DNA of 64,000 nt from contig JAQGDQ010000725.1 in the NCBI GenBank assembly GCA_030141605.1, positions 22,115 to 86,114 on the forward strand. Direction: 5' to 3'. Below, piece by piece: positions 12,391 through 26,699 of the stretch (positions are counted from its first letter, which is position 1; each line of letters begins with the position of its first letter). The DNA is from Tubiluchus corallicola (lineage: Eukaryota; Animalia; Priapulida). The notes beneath the pieces were generated by a model, which did no database searches, had not been told where the DNA came from, and saw nothing but the letters and a program-made list of their open reading frames with translations. The position numbers and the translations under genes were made by a program.

Positions 12391-12499
12391 AAGCCTACAG
12401 CACCTGGTATTTCTAGGCAGTCATCCATCCAAGTACTAACCGAGCTCTACATTGCTTAATTTCGGTGATCATTCGGTGAACCGTGATTTGGCCGTAGTC
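12391..12499 (-). pseudogene. 5S rRNA-derived sequence (pseudogene or SINE3-type head)
   Basis: Minus strand reads GACTACGGCCA...GATCACCGAAATTAAGCA...GGTTAGTACTTGGATGGATGACTGCCTAGAAATACCAGGTGCTGTAGGCTT, matching metazoan 5S with an internal deletion; no oligo-T terminator follows. Confidence 0.9.
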
Positions 12500-13154
12500 C
12501 GTCCAGAGCCCTCTGGAACTAATGGCTACAATACAACGAGAGCCAGTTTCTGACATCACTACAGCAATGTAGTTAGGATTAACTAACATGCACTCCTGTA
12601 AGCACAGAAAATAAGATTAACCTTAATTATGTAAACAAATAAAACGATAATACATGAAATTAAAGCTTTCCAAACCCCATCGGTTTAATTTCAAGTAAAT
12701 TTGTGCTAAATTTCGTGTGATATCAAACCGGATGACACAATGCCTTCTATCAAGTACGAAAGTAAATAAATGAAAATTGAATGTAAACTGAGCAAAAATT
12801 CATTCTGTACGTTAATTACCGATGTTTCTTTTTCCTAAACAAAATCCGTACGGGCTAATCAATACCATACAGTAAAATTTTAGGTAAAATTTAATTAAAT
12901 TAAAAGTAAGTTTTAAATACGCGAGTTTTTTGTGGTTACTATTGCAACTGAAACAGTTCAGTTTAGTTTAGTTCAGTTTAGTTTATTTGTCTCATCCCAT
13001 ATGCATACATACTATTTAATTACATACATTTCATTATAATTGCATTAAGGCGTGGTGGTGAAAGACCATATTGATCATCTTGCAGCTGCCTCTATTTATA
13101 AAACATTACTATCGTATTTAGTTAACTTAGTAGCGCTATCAGCAGGTTGTGAGA

Positions 13155-13460
13155 GACTTGCGTTATACAGATATTATATATAATATATAATATATTATAT
13201 AATAAAGTCATGTTAGTAGTTAAAAATCAATATATTTTTTACTTTAATAACATCTTACTTTTGTTAGCATCTAATATATCTATATGCGTACGATACGTGA
13301 ATGATACGTGATACTTACGTTATACAGACATCATATATCATATAAAATATATATATTATATAATATATTATATAATAAAGTCATGTTAGTAATTAAAAAT
13401 CAATATATTTTTGACTTTAATAACATCTTACTTTTGTTACTATCTCATATATCTATATGA
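13155..13460. repeat. Local tandem duplication of a ~150-bp AT-rich unit
   Basis: CGTTATACAGA...AAAGTCATGTTAGTA...CATCTTACTTTTGTTA occurs twice. Confidence 0.85.
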
Positions 13461-14059
13461 GATATTTTATTAGTATAAATCTTTACTTTGATCACATAAA
13501 CATATACATATACACATGCGCCCTCTATTTGCAGGGCTATAACAGTTAATAGTATTTACATTTCATATTTAACAACTTACAATAGCTATGCTAGCATTGT
13601 ATTATCATTACCATCCTAACTGACATTCGTAACAATGTTCTAAAATTAATTAATCTTGTTAGGTTAGTGACAAAATAAAGTTATCTTACGAAATATTAGC
13701 AAAGTTAATTAAAATCAGATTATCACGACAAGTTAACAGATAATTGACATCTTGGTGCTGTAAAACGCGTAGAAAGTTTTCTATTTTAATGCGACTTACG
13801 AATTTACATTGAACAACAGATGATGTGGGGGATTGCCTACTCTCTTTGTTTAACAAAGTTTCACTTACACACTGAGTTGCCCAGCTAACACCACGTTGGT
13901 TCCGCTTCCGGTTAAAGTTGAGGAGCCTCCAACAGTGATATCCCTTTACACATTGTATTGTTGTCTATTTCCTGAGTTGTTCCTGATCTGATCTTCAACC
14001 CGATGTCATACCCGATCGCCCGTTACCGGAAGCCGTGGCCCTCTCGCGAATTCTAAATA

Positions 14060-14415
<356 letters not shown>

Positions 14416-14735
14416 GCGAAATTAATATTTAGAATTTACAACTCCTGTACAATAGAGCAAAAGGTTATAGCATAGCAGAAGATCAGATTCTAGCATTACA
14501 TGCAAGCATGTAACTATATTTACCTTTTCAACTTTTTCTCCAATCCACTGCTTGATATGTATGCTATAGTTTTTCAAATGCTGATAAATAAATTCAATAT
14601 TGTGCTAAAATAAACGTTAATGTTTCATTTTTACAAAAAAGAACAATTTTGTTACTGTATTATGATTAAAATTTCACTAATTTCAGTGAACTGTTTTATT
14701 TCCATTCGTTTTGTACAAATGTGAAAAATATGCTA

Positions 14736-15402
14736 TTATTATTATTAGGGGGGCAGTGGTGTCGGGGAGATTGTATAGGATGGAGAAATCCCACCCCCCG
14801 ACACTTTGCTGAGGCCTTCAACAGGCCCATTGCAATTATTCACTGCTATACGTCTATTGGTCGTACTCGGCAAGCCTTCCAGCTTGCTTCAGATACGCCG
14901 CTAGTTTTTTCAGGTTTAAATTCTCTACAACTGCTCTAAGTGTTGTATTTTTATTTCCCAGACATTTGATACGAGCACCCTGGTAGGCGGTGCATCGTCC
15001 CACGTGATGGTCCGGTGTTTCGTCTTCCTGACCACATTTCGGGCAAATCGCGGATTGTGCTCGACAAGTGTTTTTTTTATGTTTTTGGAGATTACAGTGT
15101 CCGGTTAGGACCTGTATAACCATGTTGAGTTGAGTTCTACTGAGACTCAGGAGCCTATTGCAGACTCGGGCCGAGGCCCAGCCCACATGTTCCTTTGTTC
15201 TCTTGCAGTCCTCACGATTATTCCACGACGTTTCCCATCGTTTTAGACTCCATCCCTTAATCGCGTAGACACAGCTAGCGTAAGGGACGAGATAGGGTTC
15301 TGGTCCCTCCGGAGAGAGCTCAGATCCCTTTTTAGCAAGTTTGTCCGCCTCTTCGTTACCATGTACTCCTTCGTGTCCAGGAATCCATGTAACCTGGATC
15401 CA
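14736..15402 (-). mobile_element. 5'-truncated RNase H-containing LINE (I/LOA/R1-like group)
   Basis: Open frame WIPGHEGVHGNEEADKLAKKG (RNase H C-terminus) ... LTGHC ... CPKCGQEDETPDHHVGRC (zinc knuckle); (TAA)n tail; exact 14-bp TSD TGAAAAATATGCTA at 14722-35 and 15403-16. Confidence 0.92.
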
Positions 15403-15489
15403 TGAAAAATATGCTAACAACGGCCTTATTTTCAGGTGAAGCTCTGGCCTCAAATGCTGAAAGATTTGTAATATGATTACATTTGAAAT

Positions 15490-15995
15490 TTGAATTTTTA
15501 TCTTAAACTGTAGGTCGAAACAATCTACTATTTAAAGTATTGAAAGGAAACCACTATTTTTTCAATTGCGTGATATACTCTTTAAAACGTGAACAAAAAT
15601 GATCTACTCTTTAAAATAACTATTTTTTAAATGTTAGTTTGTGACGAACTGCACACATTCAATAGCTCATGCGTGAGCACAGGTAAATTTGAAATTGGAA
15701 TTTTTATCTTAAAACTTGCCTAGTTTTAGTACAGCACACTGAAAATCTTACAGTAACACTGTACTTCATTTTTCACTTTCGCAAACACGTTCAACACGCC
15801 CGTGGAAAATTTCTGCTGTTGAAAGTTATGCTAGTTTGTGATGTCATTAGTAATTGGGCTCGCCCGCCGTTAACTAAAATTTCAGTCTATTATTTAATTA
15901 TCAGAAGTATTTTTGCAGTATTAATTGGGTTAAAATATATGCTTTTTATGGGACTTGAAAATGGAGTAGTATATGGAAAATCATCCTGTTTTTTT
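15490..15995 (-). mobile_element. MITE family A copy (deleted)
   Basis: Reverse-complement homology to 5618-6264. Confidence 0.7.
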
Positions 15996-16447
15996 TAATA
16001 AGGGTATTTGCAATGTCAAATTGCTTACGAAAATGTGAAATTGTTACAATTGAATACGAGCCAATCAAAGTATGATATCTACAGAAAGAGAAATGCAGTA
16101 AGTTTATGAACAACTTAGATATGCGGAATAGATATTTAATTTCTGTTAACATTTTAGAACTTTTAATCTTTTAGCTCTTTACAAAAAGGGGAAAGCCAAT
16201 TATTGGGCGACTGAAAACCCTGGCGTTTTAAAGTTCAAATTTGCATTCCGCCAGGTGCAAATATATGATTAGAATAAAGTTTATTAATATCGAAATTCTG
16301 AGTAGTGATGCCGTTTACGGAAAAGAAGAATGGTAAATTTAAAATATGAGCTTAGCTATATTAACGTTACACGAACATTTAACAAGTGATATTTACAATG
16401 GTTATAAGGAAAAAAACGATTACATGATAATGGCGATGCGAATAAAT

Positions 16448-17402
16448 GCAGCTAAATGCTACGTTTTAAGCAGAGAAAAAATAGAGCTACATTCTACGTT
16501 TTAAGCAGAGAAGAAATAGAGCTAAATGCTACGTGCGTTTTAAGCAGAGAAAAAATAGAGCTAAATGCTACGTTTTAGGTAGAGAAAAAACAGAGCTAAA
16601 TGATACGTTTTAGGTAGAGAAAAAATAGAGCTAAATGCTACGTTTTAGGTAGAAAAAAAATAGAGCTAAACGCTACGTTTTAGGTAGAGAAAAAACAGAG
16701 CTAAATGATACGTTTTAGGCAGAGAAAAAATACAGCTAAATGATACGTTTTAGGCAGAGAAAAAATAGAGCTAAATGCTACGTTTTAGGTAGAAAAAAAA
16801 TAGAGCTAAATGCTACGTTTTAGGTAGAAAAAAATAGAGCTAAATGCTACGTTTTAGGTAGAGAAAAAACAGAGCTAAATGATACGTTTTAGGTAGAGAA
16901 AAAATAGAGCTAAATGCTACGTTTTAGGTAGAAAAAAATAGAGCTAAACGCTACGTTTTAGGTAGAGAAAAAACAGAGCTAAATGATACGTTTTAGGCAG
17001 AGAAAAAATACAGCTAAATGATACGTTTTAGGCAGAGAAAAAATAGAGCTAAATGCTACGTTTTAGGTAGAGAAAAAATAGAGCTAAATGCTACGTTTTA
17101 GGTAGAAAAAAATAGAGCTAAATGCTACGTTTTAGGTAGAGAAAAAACAGAGCTAAATGCTAGGTTTTAGGTAGAGAAAAAATAGAGCTAAATGCTACGT
17201 TTTAGGTAGAGAAAAAATAGAGCTAAATGCTACGTCTTAAGCAGAGAAAAAATAGAGCTAAATGCTACGTTTTAGACAGAGAAAAAATAGAGCTAAATGC
17301 TACGTTTTAGGCAGAGATAAAATAGAGCTAAATGCTACGTTTTAGACAGAGAAAAAATAGAGCTAAATGCTACGTTTTAAGTAGAGAAAAAATAGAGCTA
17401 AA
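16448..17402. repeat. 35-bp minisatellite (AGAGCTAAATGCTACGTTTTAGGTAGAGAAAAAAT), ~27 copies
   Basis: Direct repeats. Confidence 0.96.
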
Positions 17403-18209
17403 GTCTATGTATGAGCCATTAGCTAGATTAAGTTAGCGACTACATCAAAATGAGCATGAGTGAAACAATTTACATAAACACTACAAAACACAAATGTAAT
17501 GACTACATACCGAGAATTGTTTACGGATTATCCTCGATAATGAGGAGGTGGAGTGCCGTAATCGGATGGTATGTCACCCCAAGCTAGCTAGAAAAACTTT
17601 GGCAAGATTACAACTATATACACCTGTGAAGGAAGCCTATATTCTAGTGATTTAACGGCTAATTGGGAATGAATCCAAAACTAGTTTACATAGAGGTAAA
17701 TGTATACTATGAAACAGGTTTGCAAGGGCGGATCCATGCAAACATGAATGAACACTTTTACTCTAGAAGCGCCATACTGGCGTAGTTCATGCCTGGCACA
17801 CACGATGTCGTATATTGTAATCGTTTTTAATCACTTTTTTAGATTTTTCTAAGCTTCTCTAGGCGTTTGTGGGAACATTGCATTAGCACGGACGTGTTTA
17901 TCTTAAACAATATTAATATAACTCTTTTTTTTTCTAATTACTCATTAATCATTTTAATAAATTAGACTGATTATTATTTGCAAATTTTGTCCTGTATTTT
18001 TATAGAAAATTTCAAACTCGTAATTATATAAAATAATTGATATATTAGAATTAGATATGGCATATTAAATAGAATTGATGTAAATAAATACATATTTTCA
18101 TGTATTACATGTATTATAATGTGTAAGTATTGCATTGTTGATTTATTAATCATTTGTTTATTTAAATCAGTTTTAAGTAATTTTTGGCTTCGTATTAACA
18201 TTATTTTAA

Positions 18210-18878
18210 GCACAAGAAAACACTCTACTTACGTAAATGTTAAAAAAATCGTCTTGAAATTTTACACCACTTACATACGGACCCTTTGTATATAGGGCTT
18301 GCGTATATATATAGGCAGTAACGCTGTATAAAACTTGTAAATTTAAACTCCCGCGATGATCGTTGGACGCAGCCATTTTGATGGTAGGTCGTTTGAAACA
18401 AGTTTAGATAATATTGAGTAAAGGTTGAACAAATAATCACAGCATTCGTCACTAACTAAGTAAAATTTTAAATTACTATATCTTGTCAATGAGATTGGAA
18501 ATACGTTTTTGGTTAGTGAGTGGTGCACCCTGGAGGTGAGTCAACGACATTTTACCAATTGGTGAAAACATTTTAAATAATTAATATTTTTTTTCTAGTT
18601 ACACAAGTCTTTCCATCAGGTAGAAGAAATGGCAAGTAATACAGCTTTGCATGTAAATTTTTTCGGGACACAGTTCAACATTTCCTTTTCTTCCCCTTAC
18701 TTACGTTGTCCGTATATGACGTCATGTAATGGCGCGTTAGAAACAGTATTGCGGGAGATTTAAAATGAAAACAAACAAAAAATCCAAGTACGATATATGC
18801 ATAAAAATACTGTAAAGTAATATAATTTTTCAAGACGATTTTTGTGAACTTTACTTCGGGTACCTCTTTTCTTGTCCT
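18210..18878 (+). mobile_element. MITE family B (Kolobok-like)
   Basis: TTAA|GCACAAGAAAA ... TTTTCTTGTCCT|TTAA. Confidence 0.75.
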
Positions 18879-18882
18879 TTAA

Positions 18883-19339
18883 CCCTTTCATAATCGTTGT
18901 ATCCCGTGGGATACGAGAATATTTTCCGCCTTTAAAATTAATAAAATTTTAAAACTGACAGTTATTTGATCTGTTAATAGTTATTTTGATTTAAGCCAAT
19001 AACAATAGACTAAAAATGGTGATAAAATGGCAAACTAGAAAATCTACATAGCATAAAAAACTGTGCAAGGAACAGTACTTTAGAGACGACTTTGTACAGA
19101 TCAGCATAGCATGCATACTAAATGTCTTAAACACTTAAAAAATTATCAGCAGTTGCAAAATGAAGCACATTTTACGCTTCCATTCAATCCCAATGTATCC
19201 CGTGGGATACAGGCTATATTTAGCACACGGATACAGGTAGAAAAAATTATTATTATGTGTAAACAAGATAGACATACTGAACAAAAGTACCAAGCCAAAA
19301 AATTTTTTCTTATTAAAAAATAATTTGAGACTGAAAGGG
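18883..19339 (+). mobile_element. piggyBac-like MITE
   Basis: TTAA|CCCTTTCA ... TGAAAGGG|TTAA; near-identical inverted copy at 36899-37357. Confidence 0.88.
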
Positions 19340-20199
19340 TTAAAGCTAAATTCTTTTTCGTTTTCCGTCGTTTCTATGTTTATCCGTGTTTTCCTAGCGG
19401 CTAAGTTTGCTTGTGTTCATAGATAAATACGTTAACACGTTGTTGAGATGTCTATCAGCTACTACACGGTGTCATGTGTGTTGAAGAGCTACTTAGGAAG
19501 ATTTGTGGAAATGTATGGAATAGCTGTGCAAATGCGAGCCTAATGCGCCGTCGGTAAACCGGCTAGAATCCGGGAAAATCGTCGAGAGGTGAAACCTGGG
19601 CGGTTATCGACGGTGATAAATGATCGTATTCCGTTTCAGTCGGTTTGATTTAATCTCGCGGCTCGTTTTATCTGCACTAGTGTAGTCCAAGCAGCTTCCT
19701 GCTCACTGGTTACTAGCGTTCTGCCTTCTGATTAATTTATTTTCTTGCCAAGACGAGATTCGTCAAATGACAACTATATAGGCCTGTAGGAGAGATTGAG
19801 GGTTCTAACTAAGCTCCGGATCTCGGCGGAGAGTTTTTTCTATTTCCATGGCTTCGCGCGGCGGCCATGTTATTCACGAGGCGAAGCCATTTCTGTAAGA
19901 TTGCATCGGCAAAGAGGCATCGTGGTGGGATTACGTGGACTCAGCCGCAATGGGAGATTTTTAATCTGAAGAGATACAAGTTTTACGGTTTTTAAGTCAT
20001 CAGGAATTAGGAGGCGATACATGCGAAGCCAAGAAGATGAGAAAATTGAGAACGGGTATTCCAAACTTATTCATGGCTTCAGTAAAGCGTTCGCAGCGAA
20101 GTTACGTGACAGAAAACTATTATTGTTTTGCTTTTTTCGATAACTGAGACACGTAAAAATGACGAAAACCAATTAACTTTCTAAAATTAGCTTGTATTT

Positions 20200-20972
<773 letters not shown>

Positions 20973-21539
20973 TTTATTGCCAGTAAAATTAATATTTACC
21001 ATCGTTAGCAGGGTTAACGGAATTGGAAGGTTTCATAGTCCAAAATTTTCTAATTTTCAGAAAATAGCAACATTATACAAAAGTTAAAAAAGTTCACGAA
21101 AATAAAATTGTAACACTTCATTACAGTGCTTGCAAAAATTAGAAAATTATTGTGTTTTTTTTCATAAGATTTTAAAATGTTGAAACAGATCTCAAATACA
21201 AAATTGCTGTTCATAATTGACGTTAAGTATGTAAAAATCTACATTGTTGAATCTTCTAGTTTCAGCTGTTAAATGACAGTCTATCAAAGCGTTTGGATTT
21301 CTCCTCAATTCCAGAATTGCAAATACATATTCATATGCCGAATTTATAATTTTCAGGAATAATTGTAATGAATTATACCGAAATTTTGTATTCAATATAA
21401 ACATCGGATTTCGAATTAATTTTGTAATTAAATTTTTGATACACAGTTATTGTACTCGGTTCAGTTAAAATGATGCATGAAGCCAGGGATCAGAAGTTTA
21501 TGAAGATGATTTAATTAATTAAGTAACATAAGCTTACTA

Positions 21540-21971
21540 GTTTTAGTTTAAACATAATTTATTATAGGATTGGATCAGACAGTTTGAACAACATGATTTA
21601 GGATCCTCACCTCAACAGACTTTATAGACTATTTACAAAAACATTTACAGTAATAATAGACTATAACTACACAAGCTGACAAGTTTTACTACAAGATTAC
21701 ATTAGATATTAGTAGAAAATGACGGTTAGAAAGTATTAATGTACGAATATTTAAGACTGATGCATTTTATATCAGATAGAAACTACTGGAAGCGTTTAGT
21801 ACGTAATATAAAGTCATGTATGCATTGGAATATTTTACAGTTAGCAACATAGTTAAATTCATCTTTTCCGAATAATAACAACTTCAACAGATCATTAGTT
21901 CCTAAGGCAGCTATATTAAGGTTTTCAGGCAGAAGTATTTCATTCAGTTTATAAACAATGATATCCAATGG
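21540..21971 (-). mobile_element. 5'-truncated CR1/L2-group LINE 3' end
   Basis: Peptide LLLFGKDEFNYVANCKIFQCIHDFILRTKRF; near-identical to 54290-54692; 11-bp TSD TAAGCTTACTA at 21529-39 and 21972-82. Confidence 0.8.
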
Positions 21972-22099
21972 TAAGCTTACTAAACGTCATGTAAGCAACT
22001 AAATTCCCACAAGACTTGATATACAGGCCAATATGCAGCTAACATCCAATGATCCACAGAAGTATCGTATCTTACCAGACCCATATTGTCCACAACACA

Positions 22100-22298
22100 C
22101 ATATTTTGGCAAGTGCTTATATGGTGACCTTGACACATTCTGGCAAGCGCTTATATGTGACCTTGACATATTTTGGCAAGCGCTTATATGGTGACCTTGA
22201 CATATTTTGACAAGCGCTTATATGGTGACCTTGACACATTTTGGCAAGCGCTTATATGGTGACCTTGACATATTTTAGCAAGCCCTTATATGTTGACT
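22100..22298. repeat. 32-34-bp minisatellite (ATTTTGGCAAGCGCTTATATGGTGACCTTGACAC), ~6 copies
   Basis: Direct repeats. Confidence 0.9.
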
Positions 22299-22899
22299 TC
22301 GAGTGTGAAAATGAGAAATCGTTTGATTGCAACAAAAGATGGTTTACAGGAGAAGGCTAAACAGTCCCATAAGTTTCATAACTCTTCGGTTTTATAAGAA
22401 ATAATAAAACTAGTAAATTTATAATTTTTTTAACAATCTGCAATCATTTTCCAAGTTCAAAGAAATTCATGTTTGTCGGTTGACGCATCAAGAACACTTG
22501 CAGTCGCGATAAAATATGACAATTTGTTATTGTGAACTTTTTTAACCTTTCTGGAAACTAGAAATTTTTGGATTATGATATGTTTCAATTCTGCTTTCCC
22601 TGTCAAAAATTGTAAATGTTAATTTTTTTGGTCAATAAACCACTACTACTTACAATATAGGCCTAATCAATATCATATACAATTTTAAATAAGCAAATCT
22701 AAAAATGCCCTGAATGTGACCTCCGTTTCTTGCTGTTATATCTTCCTTAGTAATCAGTTGGTTGAAATATAAATTTTCTGCAAATTATATAATTAATCAA
22801 TACTCTGTTTCTTCAGAGTGGAATTTTCTAAATTTCAATTAAAAACATGTGAGAAACACAGAAAGCATAATTTAATTTTTCTTACACAAAAAATAATGT

Positions 22900-23262
<363 letters not shown>

Positions 23263-23339
23263 CTTTAAATTTGAAGTCGGCTTTTAGATTAACAATTAAC
23301 ATAACTCAAAGAGCTTTTAGGCCAACTGTAAACAGCAAT

Positions 23340-23502
23340 CCAGTCACTAATAATAGAGACTATTATTACCCCACTTTTACCCTAAATACAATGCGCCAGG
23401 TAGGGCAACAGCAGGAACCATATTTTTAAAGTGTTTAGTACTGTATCGAACTCACGATTTCCAAAACCGAAAGCAAATTGCGATACCACTAGACTAAACC
23501 GT
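23340..23502 (-). mobile_element. tRNA-derived SINE (degenerate)
   Basis: Minus strand has A-box-like TAGTCTAGTGG and B-box-like GAGTTCGATAC, followed by ACTTTAAAAATATGGTTCCTGCTGTTGCCCTACCTGGCGC. Confidence 0.55.
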
Positions 23503-23744
23503 TTGATCAAATTTTTAACACTTTGGCATAAGCGAAATCTTGTTTCCTTTTTTGTACTGAGGTTGTTGAAATAGTCGGTTGTAGCCAATCGTTTTTTTAC
23601 ATTAAACAATCCTGAATAAAAAATGAAAATATTTTTAATAGTTTTTTTAGCGAGATCTTGCAAACATTACTTGTATTTTCATTAAACATTTAAAATCATC
23701 TAGGTAACTACATAAAATATGTAAATTGTGATACAATATACAAA

Positions 23745-23955
23745 ACTGGGTGGTATAGCTTGCTGTCGGAAGGTCAAGGGTTCAACTCCCGACTGAGTCG
23801 TACCAAAAAATTGTAGCGCTGGTTTTTCGACCAAGCACGGGCGGGTTTATCGAAGTAATAGGTGCGGGGTAATAATAATCGGGACCACCTTGGAAATAAG
23901 TTTTGAGTTACTTAAGGTGTCATCCTCGGACTATGTCCTAAACAAAATTAATACA
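23745..23955 (+). mobile_element. tRNA-derived SINE-like element (degenerate)
   Basis: B-box GGTTCAACTCC at ~23779; shares GGGGTAATAAT with the SINE at 23340-23502. Confidence 0.45.
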
Positions 23956-24677
23956 TTATTAGGGTGAAGTTTACGATTTTCCCACGCAAGAAATTAGTTC
24001 GTAAAGCGGATTAGGATTAAGGTGTTAGGGTTTTTAAAATTGTATGTGGAATTGCAAACTCCTTCCAATTACTATAACTTATATTATTATTAGTTTAGTT
24101 GTATTTGAGTAAATGTAAATTTTTATTAGTAGTAATATTATTTATTAGGCCTTTTTAAAACATTGATCGTCATAATCCAAGATTTAAAGATAAAAAATTA
24201 AAGATAAACAATTAGTGTTACAATTGCGCGCAACTGCCTGCGCAGGCATGCAACTTTTAGTTGCACAAATGAGAAATTTTGAATTTTGCAACTAAAAACT
24301 GTAGTCAGCGTCATCGCGGGACCTTATTGTCACGCACTTTCTGATTTTCTTAGAAGAATTTATAACGAAATGTAGGTTAGTTACTTTCAATCAAAATTCA
24401 AAAACAAAAACAGATATCCGAGTAGAAATTTGAAAAACCTACTTTTGTGTACAAAAGTGTGAAATGTAGGCTATAAAAACTCTACGTACATCAGAGAAAC
24501 TAAGCAAAACGATTTGAACGATTCTCAGTGGTACATAAATCAGGTCTTCACAGGTTCTGGCTTTAAACAGTTTGTTGTAAATAGTGGAAATACGAAAATT
24601 TGTAAAAAAAATTCAATTATCTACCTACGGTATGACCGAAAGCTGTAAAAACTGTGAAAACTTTGATAATATCTACA

Positions 24678-24860
24678 CAGGGCCTTAAGCATAGGCAAAC
24701 TAGGCAACCGCCTAGGGCCTCACCCTCCAGGGGGGCCTCACGCCAAGGTAACATACATTATAGTTTTTAATAAATTGCGTAATTTTATTTTTTCCGTATT
24801 TATTTTTTATTTTTCTATTTCATTTGGGCCACCAAATTCACTTCGCCTAGGGCCTCCAAC
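24678..24860 (+). mobile_element. hAT-like MITE remnant
   Basis: CAGGGCC start and repeated CGCCTAGGGCCTC subterminal motifs, related to 8873. Confidence 0.5.
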
Positions 24861-25692
24861 TTTTGAAAAATAACAATAATTGTCTTAAAATTTACTATAA
24901 ATACTTAAAGGGATCCAAAGATCTGATGACGTCAAAACCGTTTAGTTCTCCTAATGCAATTAAAAATTTATAGTTAACATCAAAATTAAAATCATTACTT
25001 CCACATAGATGCACGACAACAGCTCAATGCAATGTTACGGTCTAACATTCATAATGTTTCTGAAGAAGCCATGTTTTTGCTTATAATATACGGGGGAATT
25101 TTGAAATCGCACATCTTAAAAAACTGATTGTGTTTCAAGCGTTTTACTTTCATTCGTGTTACAAATCACGTGACTTAATTTAACCTGTTTTAAATTAAAA
25201 CGTTGTTTAATAACCGTTTTTTTAAAATCACCAGACATTAAACATTGTTTGAAAAATTTAAAAGTATTTTAAGCCTGTAAAGTTATTTTCTCTACAAGCT
25301 TGTTTGAATTTTCCATTTAATGTCGCATATTAGTGTTAATAAAACTAAAAATTAAGCTATTTTTAAGCTATAAACAATTGAAATATTTTATACAACTGAA
25401 GGTTTTAAGCCTTTGTATAATAATACTGTACATGTAACATGTCAGTGATAAAGTAGTGTTGCTATTGAACGATAACAATAACACGTCCTAAACAAACGTT
25501 TTGAAGAAAAAACGAACTTTGCTTCTGATTTTTTCAAGCGGAATTTATGTAAGTAATTGTATGTGACTTTTTAAAGTTATAGAAAACAGGATGTTAAACG
25601 ATTTCTGTAAAATAGTTTCCGCTTCTTAAACCTCGAGATAAATGTCCATAATTATTCTCACTTGTTAAAGTGTTATCCAGTTTAAACAAAGC

Positions 25693-25727
<35 letters not shown>

Positions 25728-26300
25728 CTTGAAGCATAAATGTAGGTTACATATAAATCTGCACATTCGAGAAAAAACTGAAATATTAAAAACGCAATAA
25801 TAAGTAGAGATAAATGAAAAAAAAACAAAAATTTTACCTATTTGGCTGTTAATTTACATGAATTGAAGCAAGTGAAAGGGAAGTAAAACACATTATGGGG
25901 AAGAGTCAGTTATTACTCCAGCAAAGTGGATTACGTACATTCACGTTCGTACAGCTGATTAAAATATGCAAGTAGTTTTAAAATCACAGCGAATTGGCAA
26001 AAAAGTAGGCTGAATTGAAATCTTCATAAAAAGCACAATGTCGCTTCCGTCACAACAAACGAATTTCATTTAAATTCCACACGATTACATATATCAAGTC
26101 TTTAAGTTATGAAAGACAAAAAGACATGATTTAGAATACTTAGTTTATAAATTAAAGTTATCATAGCTTACACATGCTGTATTTTTATAACTTATACACA
26201 TAACTCGTAACTCAGCAAAAAACTCATATATCCAAAATATGAGAATAACCACCTACTTTTGAAAAATGTTTAAAATAAGCAAGTCACGACCTCTTTCAAA

Positions 26301-26699
26301 TTACCTTGTTTATTGAGGGATGATCTTTTGGCTACTATAGCCATCAACTACAAATCTAGCCAAAAAGAAGAATAAATAATACATTAATGATACAAAGGCA
26401 CAAACTGGAACAACAAAACAACAGATTAGAATTTAACTTATCAAATCAAACGAGGTTGTAATGGAATTAATTGCCGAGAAATGTACAAAATTTTTACCTA
26501 ACGCATGAGAACCGGAAAAGAACATAACATATACTTCTAATCTGTTGTTTTGTAGTTTCAGTTAATGTATCATTAATGTGTCATTGATGCATTATCTTTG
26601 TATCATTAATGTATTATTTATTCTTCTTCTTTGATTTGATTTAAAGTTTGGTCATGGCTTCAGTAGCTGAAACGATCATCACTGAATAAACAGGGTGAG
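26301..26699. repeat. Imperfect inverted repeat (~135-160-bp arms)
   Basis: 26301-26435 is the reverse complement of 26535-26699 (e.g. AATACATTAATGATACAAAG / CTTTGTATCATTAATGTATT). Confidence 0.8.

Noticed and set aside
15403-15453. First residues of the 199-aa RNase H ORF
   Set aside because: They fall in the target-site duplication and flank, outside the LINE
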